Shown here piece after piece: positions 9,419-18,360 of a stretch of 47,697 bases of DNA. Source of the DNA: Candidatus Nanopelagicales bacterium. GTDB lineage: Bacteria; Actinomycetota; Actinomycetes; S36-B12. The notes beneath the pieces were generated by a model that did not search any database, was not told the DNA's origin, and saw nothing but the letters and a program-made list of their open reading frames with translations. The DNA lies in NCBI GenBank assembly GCA_023263845.1, contig JALQUH010000013.1, forward strand, positions 1-47,697, given 5' to 3'. The translations under genes and the position numbers were made by a program. Within the stretch, counting starts at the first letter, position 1. Every line of letters begins with the position of its first letter.

Positions 9419-10102
9419 GTGAGCGCCCCCCTCGATGATGCGTCGGTGGTCGATTCCTATCCCTGGCCGGATTCGACGTGGGTGCGGGCGCTCATGGTGC
9501 TCAACCTCGATGGCGACGTGGCCGGCCCCGATGGCAGTTCGAGGGGTATTTCCGGACCGGCTGATCGGCAGGTGCTGGCAGCATGTCGTCGCTTTGCCGA
9601 CGCGGTGGTGATCGGTGCGCAGACGATGCGCGCCGAGGTGTACTCGCCCATGCGGATGAGCGGTGAACGCCAGGAGGCTCGGCGTGCCGACGGGCTTGCG
9701 CCGGCGCCCCGGCTTGTTGTCGTGACTGCGTCGCTCGATCTGCCATGGTCCGCCGACGCATTCCATACATCCGCTCTTCCACCGCTGATCCTCGCTGCCG
9801 CCTCGGCTCCAGCCGATCGCCAGGCTTCGGTGCCGGCCACCTGCGAGCTCGTCGTGGCACCGGGACCGATCCTCGATCCGACGTGGATCATTTCCGCGCT
9901 GACCGAACGAGGGCTGCACCGAATCCTGCTAGAAGGCGGTCCTCATGTGCTGCGTCAAATGGCCGCTGCTGGCTGCGTTGACGAGTGGGCCCTGACCGTG
10001 TCCGGGATTGTCGGTGAACAACATTTTCGCCCCGTACTGGCACGGCCGCAGGATGAGTTCGTCTTCACGCGGTTCGTGCGAGATGGCAAGGAGTCGTCGT
10101 GA
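9419..10102 (+). CDS. RibD C-terminal-like / DHFR-fold reductase
   Basis: Motifs LDG...GSSRGISGPADR, ADAVVIGAQTMRAE, VVTASLDL and LLEGGP. Confidence 0.85.
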   Translation: MSAPLDDASVVDSYPWPDSTWVRALMVLNLDGDVAGPDGSSRGISGPADRQVLAACRRFADAVVIGAQTMRAEVYSPMRMSGERQEARRADGLAPAPRLVVVTASLDLPWSADAFHTSALPPLILAAASAPADRQASVPATCELVVAPGPILDPTWIISALTERGLHRILLEGGPHVLRQMAAAGCVDEWALTVSGIVGEQHFRPVLARPQDEFVFTRFVRDGKESS

Positions 10103-11001
10103 TCACGCTCGCTGACCTCGCCGAGCTCGCGAGCCGCTATCCAGAGGCTCTGGCTGCGCACGTGGCTCCCATGCGCGTCGGTGATCGGAGCTATGACAGC
10201 ACGGCGCTCATGGCGACTGTCAATCTTTCCCGGGACTCCACCTACCGCGAGAGCATCGCGCCGACCGTCGAATCAGCGGTGCGCAAGGCGCGCGTCGCGG
10301 CGGCTGAAGGTGCGGCCATTGTCGACATCGGTGCCGAGTCGACGACGGCGCGGGCAGCCAGGGTCGATGCCGACGAGCAGTTGCGACGATTGATCCCGGT
10401 GATTGAGCAGTGTGCCAGTGAGGGAATCGCGGTGTCGGTCGAGACATATGAACCAGATGTGGCGCACGCCGGGCTTGCGGCAGGAGCTCGCGTACTCAAC
10501 CTCACCGGGGCGCAGCATCAGGAGTCGATGTTCGACCTTGCTGCCGAGTTCGATGCCACGGTGATTCTCTGCTACGTCAAGGGTGCCAACGTGCGCGAGA
10601 TCACCGACGTCAATCTTGACGCCGACCCGGTCCCTGGCATCCTGGATCACTTCGCCCAGCGCGTCGAGGTGGCGCGGCAGCACGGTGTCGATCGGATCGT
10701 CATCGATCCTGGCATGGGCTTCTACTACGGCAATCTCGTGGACCCAATGACCCGCGTGCGACACCAGGCCGAGGTCATCATCAACACCTTCCGGTTGAGG
10801 GTGCTGGAACTACCCATTTGCCATGCGCTGCCGCACGCGTTCGACCTGTTCGAGGATCACTTCCGCACCGCGGAAGGCTTCTTTGCCGTGCTCGCCACCC
10901 TTGGTGGCGCGTCACTGTTTCGGACTCACGAGGTGCCCAGGGTCGCGGCGGTTGTGCGTGCGATGCAGACGCTGGACGTCGGAACGCACTGGCAACGGTG
11001 A
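10099..11001 (+). CDS. Dihydropteroate synthase-like pterin-binding protein (divergent FolP)
   Basis: Motifs N-x-S-x-DS, DIGAEST, IDPGMGF and RTHEV. GTGA overlap with the upstream gene. The SRK motif is missing. Confidence 0.8.
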   Translation: MITLADLAELASRYPEALAAHVAPMRVGDRSYDSTALMATVNLSRDSTYRESIAPTVESAVRKARVAAAEGAAIVDIGAESTTARAARVDADEQLRRLIPVIEQCASEGIAVSVETYEPDVAHAGLAAGARVLNLTGAQHQESMFDLAAEFDATVILCYVKGANVREITDVNLDADPVPGILDHFAQRVEVARQHGVDRIVIDPGMGFYYGNLVDPMTRVRHQAEVIINTFRLRVLELPICHALPHAFDLFEDHFRTAEGFFAVLATLGGASLFRTHEVPRVAAVVRAMQTLDVGTHWQR

Positions 11002-11007
11002 GGTGGA

Positions 11008-11466
11008 CTAGCGCTTCAGGGCTTTGAGGGTCCAGCGCGCGCGGAGGAATCCGGTCGCCTCGCCGTCCGGGTCGGTGATGTCGCAGACGATGTCAAACTC
11101 GGGGCGCTCGCCGGCCTCAAATTGTGCGCGTGCCGCGTCCACGTCGGCATCAATCCGGGCAGTGGCGGTGAGATCGCCGCGGGCGATCGCCAGGTAGTCC
11201 ATCGTTACGGTCGTGGGCAGCAGAACCGCCCGATCCATGAGATCGCCGAAGGCGGCAATCGCAGCGGCGCCGGTCGCGCTCTCAGCCGCGGCGAACATCG
11301 CTGCCGCGTGTGGCCCGCCCACGTGGTTTCGGTACGCCGGCTGATCGCGCAGGATCACGACGGCCCGATCCGGTGCGACCTCCGGATACTCCAGGGCCAG
11401 CGTCGCCACCATGGGCACGACCGAATGCATCAGTGGGCCGATCTGGTCTCCGGGGATTCCGCTCAT
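11008..11466 (-). CDS. Hotdog-fold PaaI/DUF4442 thioesterase-like protein
   Basis: NHVGGPHAAAMFAAAES motif. Start is ATG 11466 or GTG 11478. Confidence 0.85.
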   Translation of the reverse strand: MSGIPGDQIGPLMHSVVPMVATLALEYPEVAPDRAVVILRDQPAYRNHVGGPHAAAMFAAAESATGAAAIAAFGDLMDRAVLLPTTVTMDYLAIARGDLTATARIDADVDAARAQFEAGERPEFDIVCDITDPDGEATGFLRARWTLKALKR

Positions 11467-11580
11467 AGCCCATGACACTACCTACTTTCGCGAAGGCCGA
11501 CCTACGCGAACGGCGAAGCTTGGCGGTGGATCCGCTCCTGCTGCACGTGGCTGGCGGTCTGGCGATGCGGGTGCGGACTG

Positions 11581-12696
11581 CTATAGGTCGGACAGGGTGT
11601 CGTTGGTCGGTTCGACCATGCGGTCTTCAACGAGGTCGTGGCGCCGAACATAGATCTGCAGCAATGAGAGCAGCATGGCGCTCACCGGGATGGCCAAAAG
11701 CGCGCCGGCGACACCGAAGAGGGCGGCCCCGAGAAGTACAGAGACGAAACCGTAGGCGGGATGGACGTCCACCGCCTTGGCGCTGATCTTGGGCTCGATC
11801 GTGAGGTTCTCGATTTGCTGGTAAATGAGAGCGTAGACGAGCACGATGACCCCGAGCCACGGATTGCCGCTCAGCAGACCGACCAGGACGGGCAGGATGA
11901 TTGAGATGTACGTGCCGATCGTGGGCACGAACTGGGCGACAAGTCCGGTCCAGATCGCCAGCGGCAGCCAATACGGCAGTCCGATGAGGAAGAACACGAT
12001 TCCGCTTGCGATCGAATTGATGGTGGCGAGGACGGCGCGGGCGGCGACGTAGCGTCCGGTCTTCTCCGCCGTGATGGTCCACACGTTGACGAAGACTTGC
12101 TGGCTACGCTCGGGAAGCATCGAAGCAACAAAGCGGCGCAGCCGCAGGCCATCCGTGGACAGATAGAACGCGATGAGCCCGAAGGTGAAGAGCCCGAAGA
12201 TGCCTCCCAGGATCGACGCGGCGAACCCGAAGATGCCGAGGGCAACGCCGCCCGCGATCTCCTGGAGTGCGTCGTCGTCAAGGTTGATCTGGGCGAGGAG
12301 CTCCTGCGCCGTGTAGGCCGTCCCGAAGGTGTCGTTGAACCACATCAGCGCCTGAGCGGCCAGCCCCGGCAGGGACTCCACCACCTCGATGAGTTGCTCG
12401 ATGAGGAGCTTGCCGAAGGCCAGCCCGAAGAGAACGAGAAAGGCGGCGATGGCTCCCATGACAGCAAGCGTGGCCACGCCGCGTGGCATGTGCTTCGCGA
12501 GCTTGTCGACGGCTGGAGCCATGGCCACCGCGAAGAACCACGCCATGAGGACGGTGAAGATGACCCCGCCGCCGTCCTCGAGGATGAACCTCGCAAAAAG
12601 AGCGATGGCGAGGACCGCCATGGCGATGAAACCCACCCGCCAGATGAACCGTGCCGACACGGGGTCTCGGGGCGTCGCGGGGTCGGAGTCGGCCAT
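11581..12696 (-). CDS. AI-2E family transporter (second paralog)
   Basis: Motifs QFVPTIGTY, YQQIENLTIEP and VHPA; polytopic. Confidence 0.9.
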   Translation of the reverse strand: MADSDPATPRDPVSARFIWRVGFIAMAVLAIALFARFILEDGGGVIFTVLMAWFFAVAMAPAVDKLAKHMPRGVATLAVMGAIAAFLVLFGLAFGKLLIEQLIEVVESLPGLAAQALMWFNDTFGTAYTAQELLAQINLDDDALQEIAGGVALGIFGFAASILGGIFGLFTFGLIAFYLSTDGLRLRRFVASMLPERSQQVFVNVWTITAEKTGRYVAARAVLATINSIASGIVFFLIGLPYWLPLAIWTGLVAQFVPTIGTYISIILPVLVGLLSGNPWLGVIVLVYALIYQQIENLTIEPKISAKAVDVHPAYGFVSVLLGAALFGVAGALLAIPVSAMLLSLLQIYVRRHDLVEDRMVEPTNDTLSDL

Positions 12697-12719
12697 ATCC
12701 GAAGAGTACCTTTCGGGGT
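12697..12719. promoter_or_regulatory. Overlapping divergent -10 elements in front of two leaderless starts
   Basis: TACTCT on minus (12703-12708) is 6 nt before ATG 12696. TACCTT on plus (12707-12712) is 7 nt before GTG 12720. No room for SD sequences. Confidence 0.6.
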
Positions 12720-13235
12720 GTGACGATCTCGGGAATCACCACATGCCTGTGGTTTGACGGCCAGGCGCAGCAGGCCGCTGACTTCTACGTCGGGCTCTTT
12801 GACGATGCCGAGATGGGAGATGTCAGTCACCTGCCGGATGGCTCGGTGCTCACCGCCGAGTTCCAGCTCTTCGGGCAGAAGTTTCTCGCGCTGAACGGCG
12901 GGCCTCACTACACGCTCACCCCGGCGGTGAGCTTCCAGGTCTTCTGCGACACCCAGGTCGAGATCGATCACCTCTGGTCGTCCCTCACGTCGCACGGAGG
13001 GCACGAGAGTCGGTGTGGTTGGTGTACGGATCGATTTGGAGTGAGTTGGCAGGTGATCCCCCGCGTCCTACCGGAGCTGCTCGGACATGCGGACGCCGAG
13101 GTCGCCACCTATGCGCACACGGCGATGTTGCAGATGGGGCGCCTGGTGATTGACGGACTCACGCCTCCGGCTGGCGACTCAGTATCGGAACCTTCGGCCC
13201 CGGTGAACCTGTCGCCGACCCACGACCCGCTTTAG
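12720..13235 (+). CDS. VOC family protein (PhnB / 3-demethylubiquinone-9 methyltransferase-like)
   Basis: Motifs TTCLWFDGQA, ALNGGP, SFQVFC and CGWCTDRFGVSWQ. Confidence 0.9.
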   Translation: MTISGITTCLWFDGQAQQAADFYVGLFDDAEMGDVSHLPDGSVLTAEFQLFGQKFLALNGGPHYTLTPAVSFQVFCDTQVEIDHLWSSLTSHGGHESRCGWCTDRFGVSWQVIPRVLPELLGHADAEVATYAHTAMLQMGRLVIDGLTPPAGDSVSEPSAPVNLSPTHDPL

Positions 13236-13359
13236 GGCTAAAGTTAGGTCTACCTAACGTGGAGTGGTCCATCAATGAGTGAAAGGGTTGTGCGCGCTCG
13301 TGTCGCAAGTGTGTCACCAGTGTCGTGCCGCCCTGCGTTCCTAGGAGGAAACCCGCACC

Positions 13360-14049
13360 ATGCTGACCGTGACGAAGTCTGCTCTGGTCGTCGAGGACGA
13401 CCCCACTATCCGCATGGTCCTGCGCACAAACCTGGAGAACGACGGTTGTCGCGTGATGGAGGCCGAGACCGGCGAGGCCGCCCTCGTCCAATTGCAGGAC
13501 GAGATGCCGGACATTGTTCTGGTCGACCTGCGTCTGCCGGGCATCCATGGCCTGGACCTGGTGCGCAGTCTGCGTGCCCGTAGCGAGGTGCCGATCATCA
13601 TCGTGACCGCCAACACCGACAGCCACGATGTCGTGGCCGGACTTGAGGCGGGCGCCGACGATTACGTCACCAAGCCATTCGTCACCAAGGAACTCATGGC
13701 GCGCATCCGCCGCCAACTACGCCGTCCGGTCGCGAGCGGCGCCGAAGATGCTGTGCTGCGCTGCGGTCCACTGGAACTTCGGGCGGACACGTGCGAGGTA
13801 TTCCGCGATGGTGAGGCACTGCCCGTGTCGCGCATCGAGTTCGACGTTCTGCAGGCGCTGATGTCGGCGCAGGGGCGAGTCCTCAGCCGCGATTACTTGC
13901 TGCGTACTGTTTGGGGCTACTCCAACGCCGGTGATGGTCGCGTCGTCGACAACCTCATCTATCGACTGCGCGGCAAGATCGAGACCGATCCGTCCCGTCC
14001 TGATCTCCTGCTCACGATTCGCGGCTTCGGCTATCGCATGAAGGCCTAG
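13360..14049 (+). CDS. OmpR-family response regulator
   Basis: Motifs VEDD, D-LRLPG and GADDYVTKPF; winged helix (IYRLRGKIE...TIRGFGY). AGGAGG upstream. Confidence 0.95.
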   Translation: MLTVTKSALVVEDDPTIRMVLRTNLENDGCRVMEAETGEAALVQLQDEMPDIVLVDLRLPGIHGLDLVRSLRARSEVPIIIVTANTDSHDVVAGLEAGADDYVTKPFVTKELMARIRRQLRRPVASGAEDAVLRCGPLELRADTCEVFRDGEALPVSRIEFDVLQALMSAQGRVLSRDYLLRTVWGYSNAGDGRVVDNLIYRLRGKIETDPSRPDLLLTIRGFGYRMKA

Positions 14050-14051
14050 TC

Positions 14052-15386
14052 GTGCGGTCCTTCGGCCTACGCGTCCGCGTGGTCGTGAACTTCGCGATCC
14101 TCTCGCTGGCGGTGGCCGCGGCAGTGTCGGGAGCGACGTACGTCATCGCAAGCTGGTATCTCTCTGGCGAGAGGTCCGACTCGGCGCTCACTCGCGCGTC
14201 CCTCGATGCGCGGGCGGTGAATTCGGCTCTGGCGGCGGGATCCACTCCTGGTGAAGCACTCGGCGTCATTCCGGTCGTCGACGGGTCACAGCCGATGTTG
14301 CGTGTCGGCGGTACCTGGTTCACCTCCACCGTGGCCGTCCCGCCGGACTCGCTTCCTGCCGACTTGCTCGCGCAGGCTGAGGCTGAAGGTGCTCAGCAGC
14401 GCATCGATGTGGCCGGCGAGCCCTATCTGGTGATCGGCCTGCCGACCTCGCGGGGCCTTTTCGTCGAGGTCTTCCCCCTGCGCACACTCGACCGCACCCT
14501 CGTCATCGGCGGGTGGGGCCTGGTGGTCATGACGATCTTCGCCGGCGCGCTCGGCGCTCTGCTCGGCTGGTACTCCGTACGTCGCCTGCTCGTCCCGGTC
14601 GACCAACTCGGTGATGGCGCTCGCTCTTTGGCTGCCGGCGATCTCGACGTTCGGCTTCCAGCGGCGGGTGATCCTGACCTCGACCCGATCGCCATTGCCT
14701 TCAACGACATGGCCGATTCGGTGCAGACTCGCATCGCCCGCGAACAGCGGTTCGCCGCCAATGTGAGCCACGAATTGCGTTCGCCCGTCACCGCCATCTC
14801 CGGTGTCACCGAGTTGCTGGAAGAACGGTCGACGGCCATGGACCCGAACGATGCCAGCATTGTCGGGCACCTTGCTCGCCAGGTACGACGACTCTCGCGC
14901 ATGCTGATAGACCTGCTCGAGGTGAGTCGTATGACGGCGTCTCAAAGCGTTGAGATTGAGCCGGTCGATATTGCGCGCATGCTGACGCAGATCCTTCAGC
15001 AGCACGGCGTTGATCTCGCCCTCTTAACGGGGGAGCGCCCTGTCGTGCGCACCGATGGCCGACATCTTGAACGCGTCTTCGACAACATTGTTCGCAACGC
15101 TGAAAGTCATGGGGCTGGGCTGAGAAGCGTAGAGATCCTGTCGGATCCGGACACGGTGAGCGTGCGTTTCCGCGACTCCGGTCCGGGGATTGACGAAGAG
15201 TTGGCGAAACGGCTGTTCGAGCCGTTCGTGCGTGGAGACAAGGCCGACCCCTCATCTGGAGCTGGATTGGGGATGGCAATTGCGCTTGAGCACGCCGGGG
15301 TCATCCATGCGACGTTGGAGGTGGGCCGCGCCGCCGAGGGCGGCGCGCAGTTCGTGGTCTCGATCCCGTGGGAGATTGCCGCGTGA
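14052..15386 (+). CDS. Sensor histidine kinase (2 TM, HAMP, HisKA, HATPase)
   Basis: H-box SHELRSP, N-box NIVRNA, DSGPGI, FEPF and GAGLG. Confidence 0.95.
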   Translation: MRSFGLRVRVVVNFAILSLAVAAAVSGATYVIASWYLSGERSDSALTRASLDARAVNSALAAGSTPGEALGVIPVVDGSQPMLRVGGTWFTSTVAVPPDSLPADLLAQAEAEGAQQRIDVAGEPYLVIGLPTSRGLFVEVFPLRTLDRTLVIGGWGLVVMTIFAGALGALLGWYSVRRLLVPVDQLGDGARSLAAGDLDVRLPAAGDPDLDPIAIAFNDMADSVQTRIAREQRFAANVSHELRSPVTAISGVTELLEERSTAMDPNDASIVGHLARQVRRLSRMLIDLLEVSRMTASQSVEIEPVDIARMLTQILQQHGVDLALLTGERPVVRTDGRHLERVFDNIVRNAESHGAGLRSVEILSDPDTVSVRFRDSGPGIDEELAKRLFEPFVRGDKADPSSGAGLGMAIALEHAGVIHATLEVGRAAEGGAQFVVSIPWEIAA

Positions 15387-15988
15387 AGCGGGCTATCGCC
15401 GCGTTCGCTGCCGTTGTCGCCGGCTTCGGCCTGGTGGCCTGCGGGGTACGTGTGGACGCCTCGCCACAGCCGGTTCCATCGGGGGCACTGCCCGCGCCTT
15501 CACCGACAGCCTCGCCGACGGTTTCGCCGACGGACGCACCCGCCCGGACCGTGCGTTTGTGGTTCGTGCGCGAGGACGGTCTCGTCCCGGTGCTCAGTGA
15601 GTTCCCCGGGGGCGACAACTTCGGTCCCGCGACGATCATCGAGGGACTGACGGTGGGACCTGACGCTGCTCAGGCGGAGGAGGGCGTTCGGACCGTCGTG
15701 CGCGATCCCTTGACGGAGCAGTCGCTGGTGTCGGTGCCGGAGGATGACGCCGACACTGCGGCCGGCTCTGTCGTCGTGATCATCACGCCTGAGGTGGCCG
15801 CGCTGCCGCCGGGGGAACAGGTCCTCATGTTGGGTCAGGTGGTGCTCAGCATCACCGGAGCCGGGTACCCCTCGGTCGCTTTCGTCGATAGTGCAGGTTC
15901 ACCGGCGGCTGTCCCGCTGCCCGGTGGGCGCCTGCTTGACCGTCCCGCGGTGGCTCGCGACTACGCAGGCTTGATCATCGAGATTTAG
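15383..15988 (+). CDS. GerMN-domain lipoprotein (accessory to the two-component system)
   Basis: Lipobox LVAC-G, Pro/Ser/Thr linker and LGQVVLSIT motif. GTGA overlap with the kinase stop. Confidence 0.8.
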   Translation: MKRAIAAFAAVVAGFGLVACGVRVDASPQPVPSGALPAPSPTASPTVSPTDAPARTVRLWFVREDGLVPVLSEFPGGDNFGPATIIEGLTVGPDAAQAEEGVRTVVRDPLTEQSLVSVPEDDADTAAGSVVVIITPEVAALPPGEQVLMLGQVVLSITGAGYPSVAFVDSAGSPAAVPLPGGRLLDRPAVARDYAGLIIEI

Positions 15989-16056
15989 CGCTGCTGTCGG
16001 GCGTTATCGGACGTGGAGACCGCCCCGGCTTGCTTCCTGGGGATAGTGTGGAAGCG

Positions 16057-16617
16057 ATGACCGAACAGCAGGAGTATCACGTCCTTACGGCCTTGGGCGA
16101 CGTAGAACTACGCGAGTACGCGCCCTGCGTTGTTGCGGATGTCGTGGCGTCCGGTTCGGCGGAGCAGGCTGGAAGCGCCGCATTTCGGCCGCTCTTCCAA
16201 TACATCTCCGGAGCGAACCGAGGCGCCGAGACTTTGGCGATGACCGCGCCGGTGATCCAGCAGTCCACCGGCGAACGACTGGCAATGACGGCGCCGGTCA
16301 TCCAGGAGGCTACGGACACTGGTGAATGGACCGTTTCCTTCGTGCTCCCGGCCGGGCGCGACCTAGCGGACTACCCGATACCCACCGATCAGCGCGTGTC
16401 CCTTCGCGCGGTTCCGGCGGAGACAGTGGCTGCCATTCGCTGGTCAGGACGTTGGACCGAGTCGAACGTCGAGCGCCGTACCGAACAACTTCGGCGGGTG
16501 ATTGCTGAGGCAGGTTGGCAAGAAGCTGGGGAGCCTCGCTGGGCTCGTTTTGACCCGCCGTGGAAGCCCCCGTTCCTACGACGAAACGAGATCGTCATCC
16601 CCGTGTCGCTGGGATGA
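16057..16617 (+). CDS. SOUL family heme-binding protein
   Basis: Motifs ELREYAP, AFRPLFQYISGAN, MTAPV (twice) and FDPPW...RRNE. TAGTGT is 7 nt before the ATG. Confidence 0.92.
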   Translation: MTEQQEYHVLTALGDVELREYAPCVVADVVASGSAEQAGSAAFRPLFQYISGANRGAETLAMTAPVIQQSTGERLAMTAPVIQEATDTGEWTVSFVLPAGRDLADYPIPTDQRVSLRAVPAETVAAIRWSGRWTESNVERRTEQLRRVIAEAGWQEAGEPRWARFDPPWKPPFLRRNEIVIPVSLG

Positions 16618-16691
16618 GGGGCCGAAGACTAGGCACAGGCTGCTCAGGAAGCCACCTTTGTGCGTAGGCTCGTGGCGCGTCGATCGATGGA

Positions 16692-17141
16692 GTGACCACG
16701 TGCCTGTGGTTCGACGGTCAGGCCGAGGATGCCGTGGAGTTTTACGTCGCGACCTTCCCGGGCTCCACGATCGTGTCGACCTCCTACTACCCGACCGACG
16801 CACAAAGGCCAGAGGGGTCGGTCCTCACGGTCGAGTTCGAACTCTTCGGCCGACCCTTTCTCGCACTGAACGGCGGGCCTCAGTACGCGCATTCCCACGC
16901 CATCAGCTTCCAGGTCTTCTGCGACACGCAGGAGGAGGTGGACCGGCTGTGGGATGCCCTCGTCTCGAACGGTGGCGAGGAGAGTATGTGCGGGTGGTGC
17001 AGCGACCGCTTCGGCGTTAGTTGGCAGATCATCCCGCGGCGGCTTCCTCAGCTGCTCTCAAGTGCAGATGCTGAAGTGGCTCGTCTCGCGACGGAGCGCA
17101 TGCTCACCATGCGCAAGATCGTGATCGCCGATCTCGACTAA
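16692..17141 (+). CDS. VOC family protein (PhnB-like), second paralog
   Basis: Motifs TTCLWFDGQA, ALNGGP, CGWCSDRFGVSWQ and MRKIVIADL. Confidence 0.9.
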   Translation: MTTCLWFDGQAEDAVEFYVATFPGSTIVSTSYYPTDAQRPEGSVLTVEFELFGRPFLALNGGPQYAHSHAISFQVFCDTQEEVDRLWDALVSNGGEESMCGWCSDRFGVSWQIIPRRLPQLLSSADAEVARLATERMLTMRKIVIADLD

Positions 17142-17158
17142 GGGATCCGTGGAGGGCC

Positions 17159-17638
17159 CTACGCTCCGACGTCAGCGGGGGTTCCCCCGGTGATGCGGAC
17201 CAATTCCTCGAACGACGTGGGGAAGACGTAGTGCGGGTGACCGCCCGCCGCCCAGACCTCGTCGAACTGCGCGAGGTCGACGTCGACGATCGTGCATAGG
17301 GGAGAAGGGTGGGCGATCGGAGCAACCCCGCCAATGGCAAAGCTCGTTGCCGCGCGCACGTCGTCGGCCGTGGCCTTGCCGACCTCGTCGACACCGAGGA
17401 TCGCCGCGACCTTGGCGGTGTCGACGCGGTGACCGCCGGATGCAACGACGAGCACCGCCTGGCCGTCGGCCATGAAGATCAGTGACGACGCGATCTGGGC
17501 GGGCACGATGCCGAGCGCATCGGCCGCCTCCTTCGCCGTGCGTGCTGAGTCATCGAGTCGGCGTACCTGCCCGGCGACTCCTGCGGAGGCGAGCGCCTCG
17601 CGCACGCGGATGACGGATTCTTGCTCCTGCTCAGCCAT
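17159..17638 (-). CDS. YbaK/EbsC aminoacyl-tRNA deacylase family
   Basis: Motifs ARTAKEAADALG, SLIF, IGGVAP and WAAGGHP. Confidence 0.9.
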   Translation of the reverse strand: MAEQEQESVIRVREALASAGVAGQVRRLDDSARTAKEAADALGIVPAQIASSLIFMADGQAVLVVASGGHRVDTAKVAAILGVDEVGKATADDVRAATSFAIGGVAPIAHPSPLCTIVDVDLAQFDEVWAAGGHPHYVFPTSFEELVRITGGTPADVGA

Positions 17639-17644
17639 GGGACG

Positions 17645-18328
17645 TCACCACGCCCAGTAGTCGCCCAGCGTGCCGGTGAGCCGATCAGCAGTCTTGATCT
17701 GGGATGACGTGAGCTTTGGAGGGTTGAGCCCGACGGCCTCGATGGAGATCACCTGAATGAACTGGCCCACGCGGCGGAAGGTGTTGTACTCGTGCTCCGC
17801 CAGCCCGGACGTGGCGTCGGACGCCGTGGCGACGTGCTTGATCCACGTGAAGTTCTTGCCCGCGGCCGTCTTGCGGGTGCCGTTGGACAGCTTCTGCGTC
17901 AGAGTGAAACCTTCATCCTCGACCGTGTAGGTGCCCGCGCACTTGGTCGCCGCCTTGCGGATGGCCTTCATCGCCTTGCGCGCGTCGGTCTCGCTGTCGA
18001 AGGCGTAGAGCTCTTGCCCGGCCACCGTCTCGACGCGAGACTTCACAGAAGCGTAGGCAACGACGTACACCTCGGGTGGGCCGTCGACCTCGACCTGCTC
18101 CTCTCCCGCCAAGTCGCACAGCCAGAAGTCGTCCGGGCTCTGCTTGGTGCCCTCGAGGTACTGGAAGTTGCGGACGTGGTTGGCAGCCACGCCGAGGGAT
18201 GATGCCTGCGCGGTCGTCATCATCCGGGACGACATGGTGTCGAGGGAGTAGGGCGACGCCTGAGCAGGTGTCGCCGCAAGGGCTGAGGCGGCGAGAACCG
18301 CGATGCCAATAACGATGGACGTCTTCAC
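17645..18328 (-). CDS. Secreted hypothetical protein (possibly PknH-like sensor fold)
   Basis: Sec signal peptide ending PAQA; AAGGAG RBS before GTG 18328; two Cys; AFDSETDARKAM...C pattern. Confidence 0.65.
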   Translation of the reverse strand: MKTSIVIGIAVLAASALAATPAQASPYSLDTMSSRMMTTAQASSLGVAANHVRNFQYLEGTKQSPDDFWLCDLAGEEQVEVDGPPEVYVVAYASVKSRVETVAGQELYAFDSETDARKAMKAIRKAATKCAGTYTVEDEGFTLTQKLSNGTRKTAAGKNFTWIKHVATASDATSGLAEHEYNTFRRVGQFIQVISIEAVGLNPPKLTSSQIKTADRLTGTLGDYWAW

Positions 18329-18360
18329 GATGGACTCCTTCACGGACGATTGGGGGAAGC

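Noticed and set aside
16231-16308. Internal LAMTAPVIQ duplication in the SOUL protein
   Set aside because: Repeated MTAPV segments are a normal feature of bacterial SOUL proteins.
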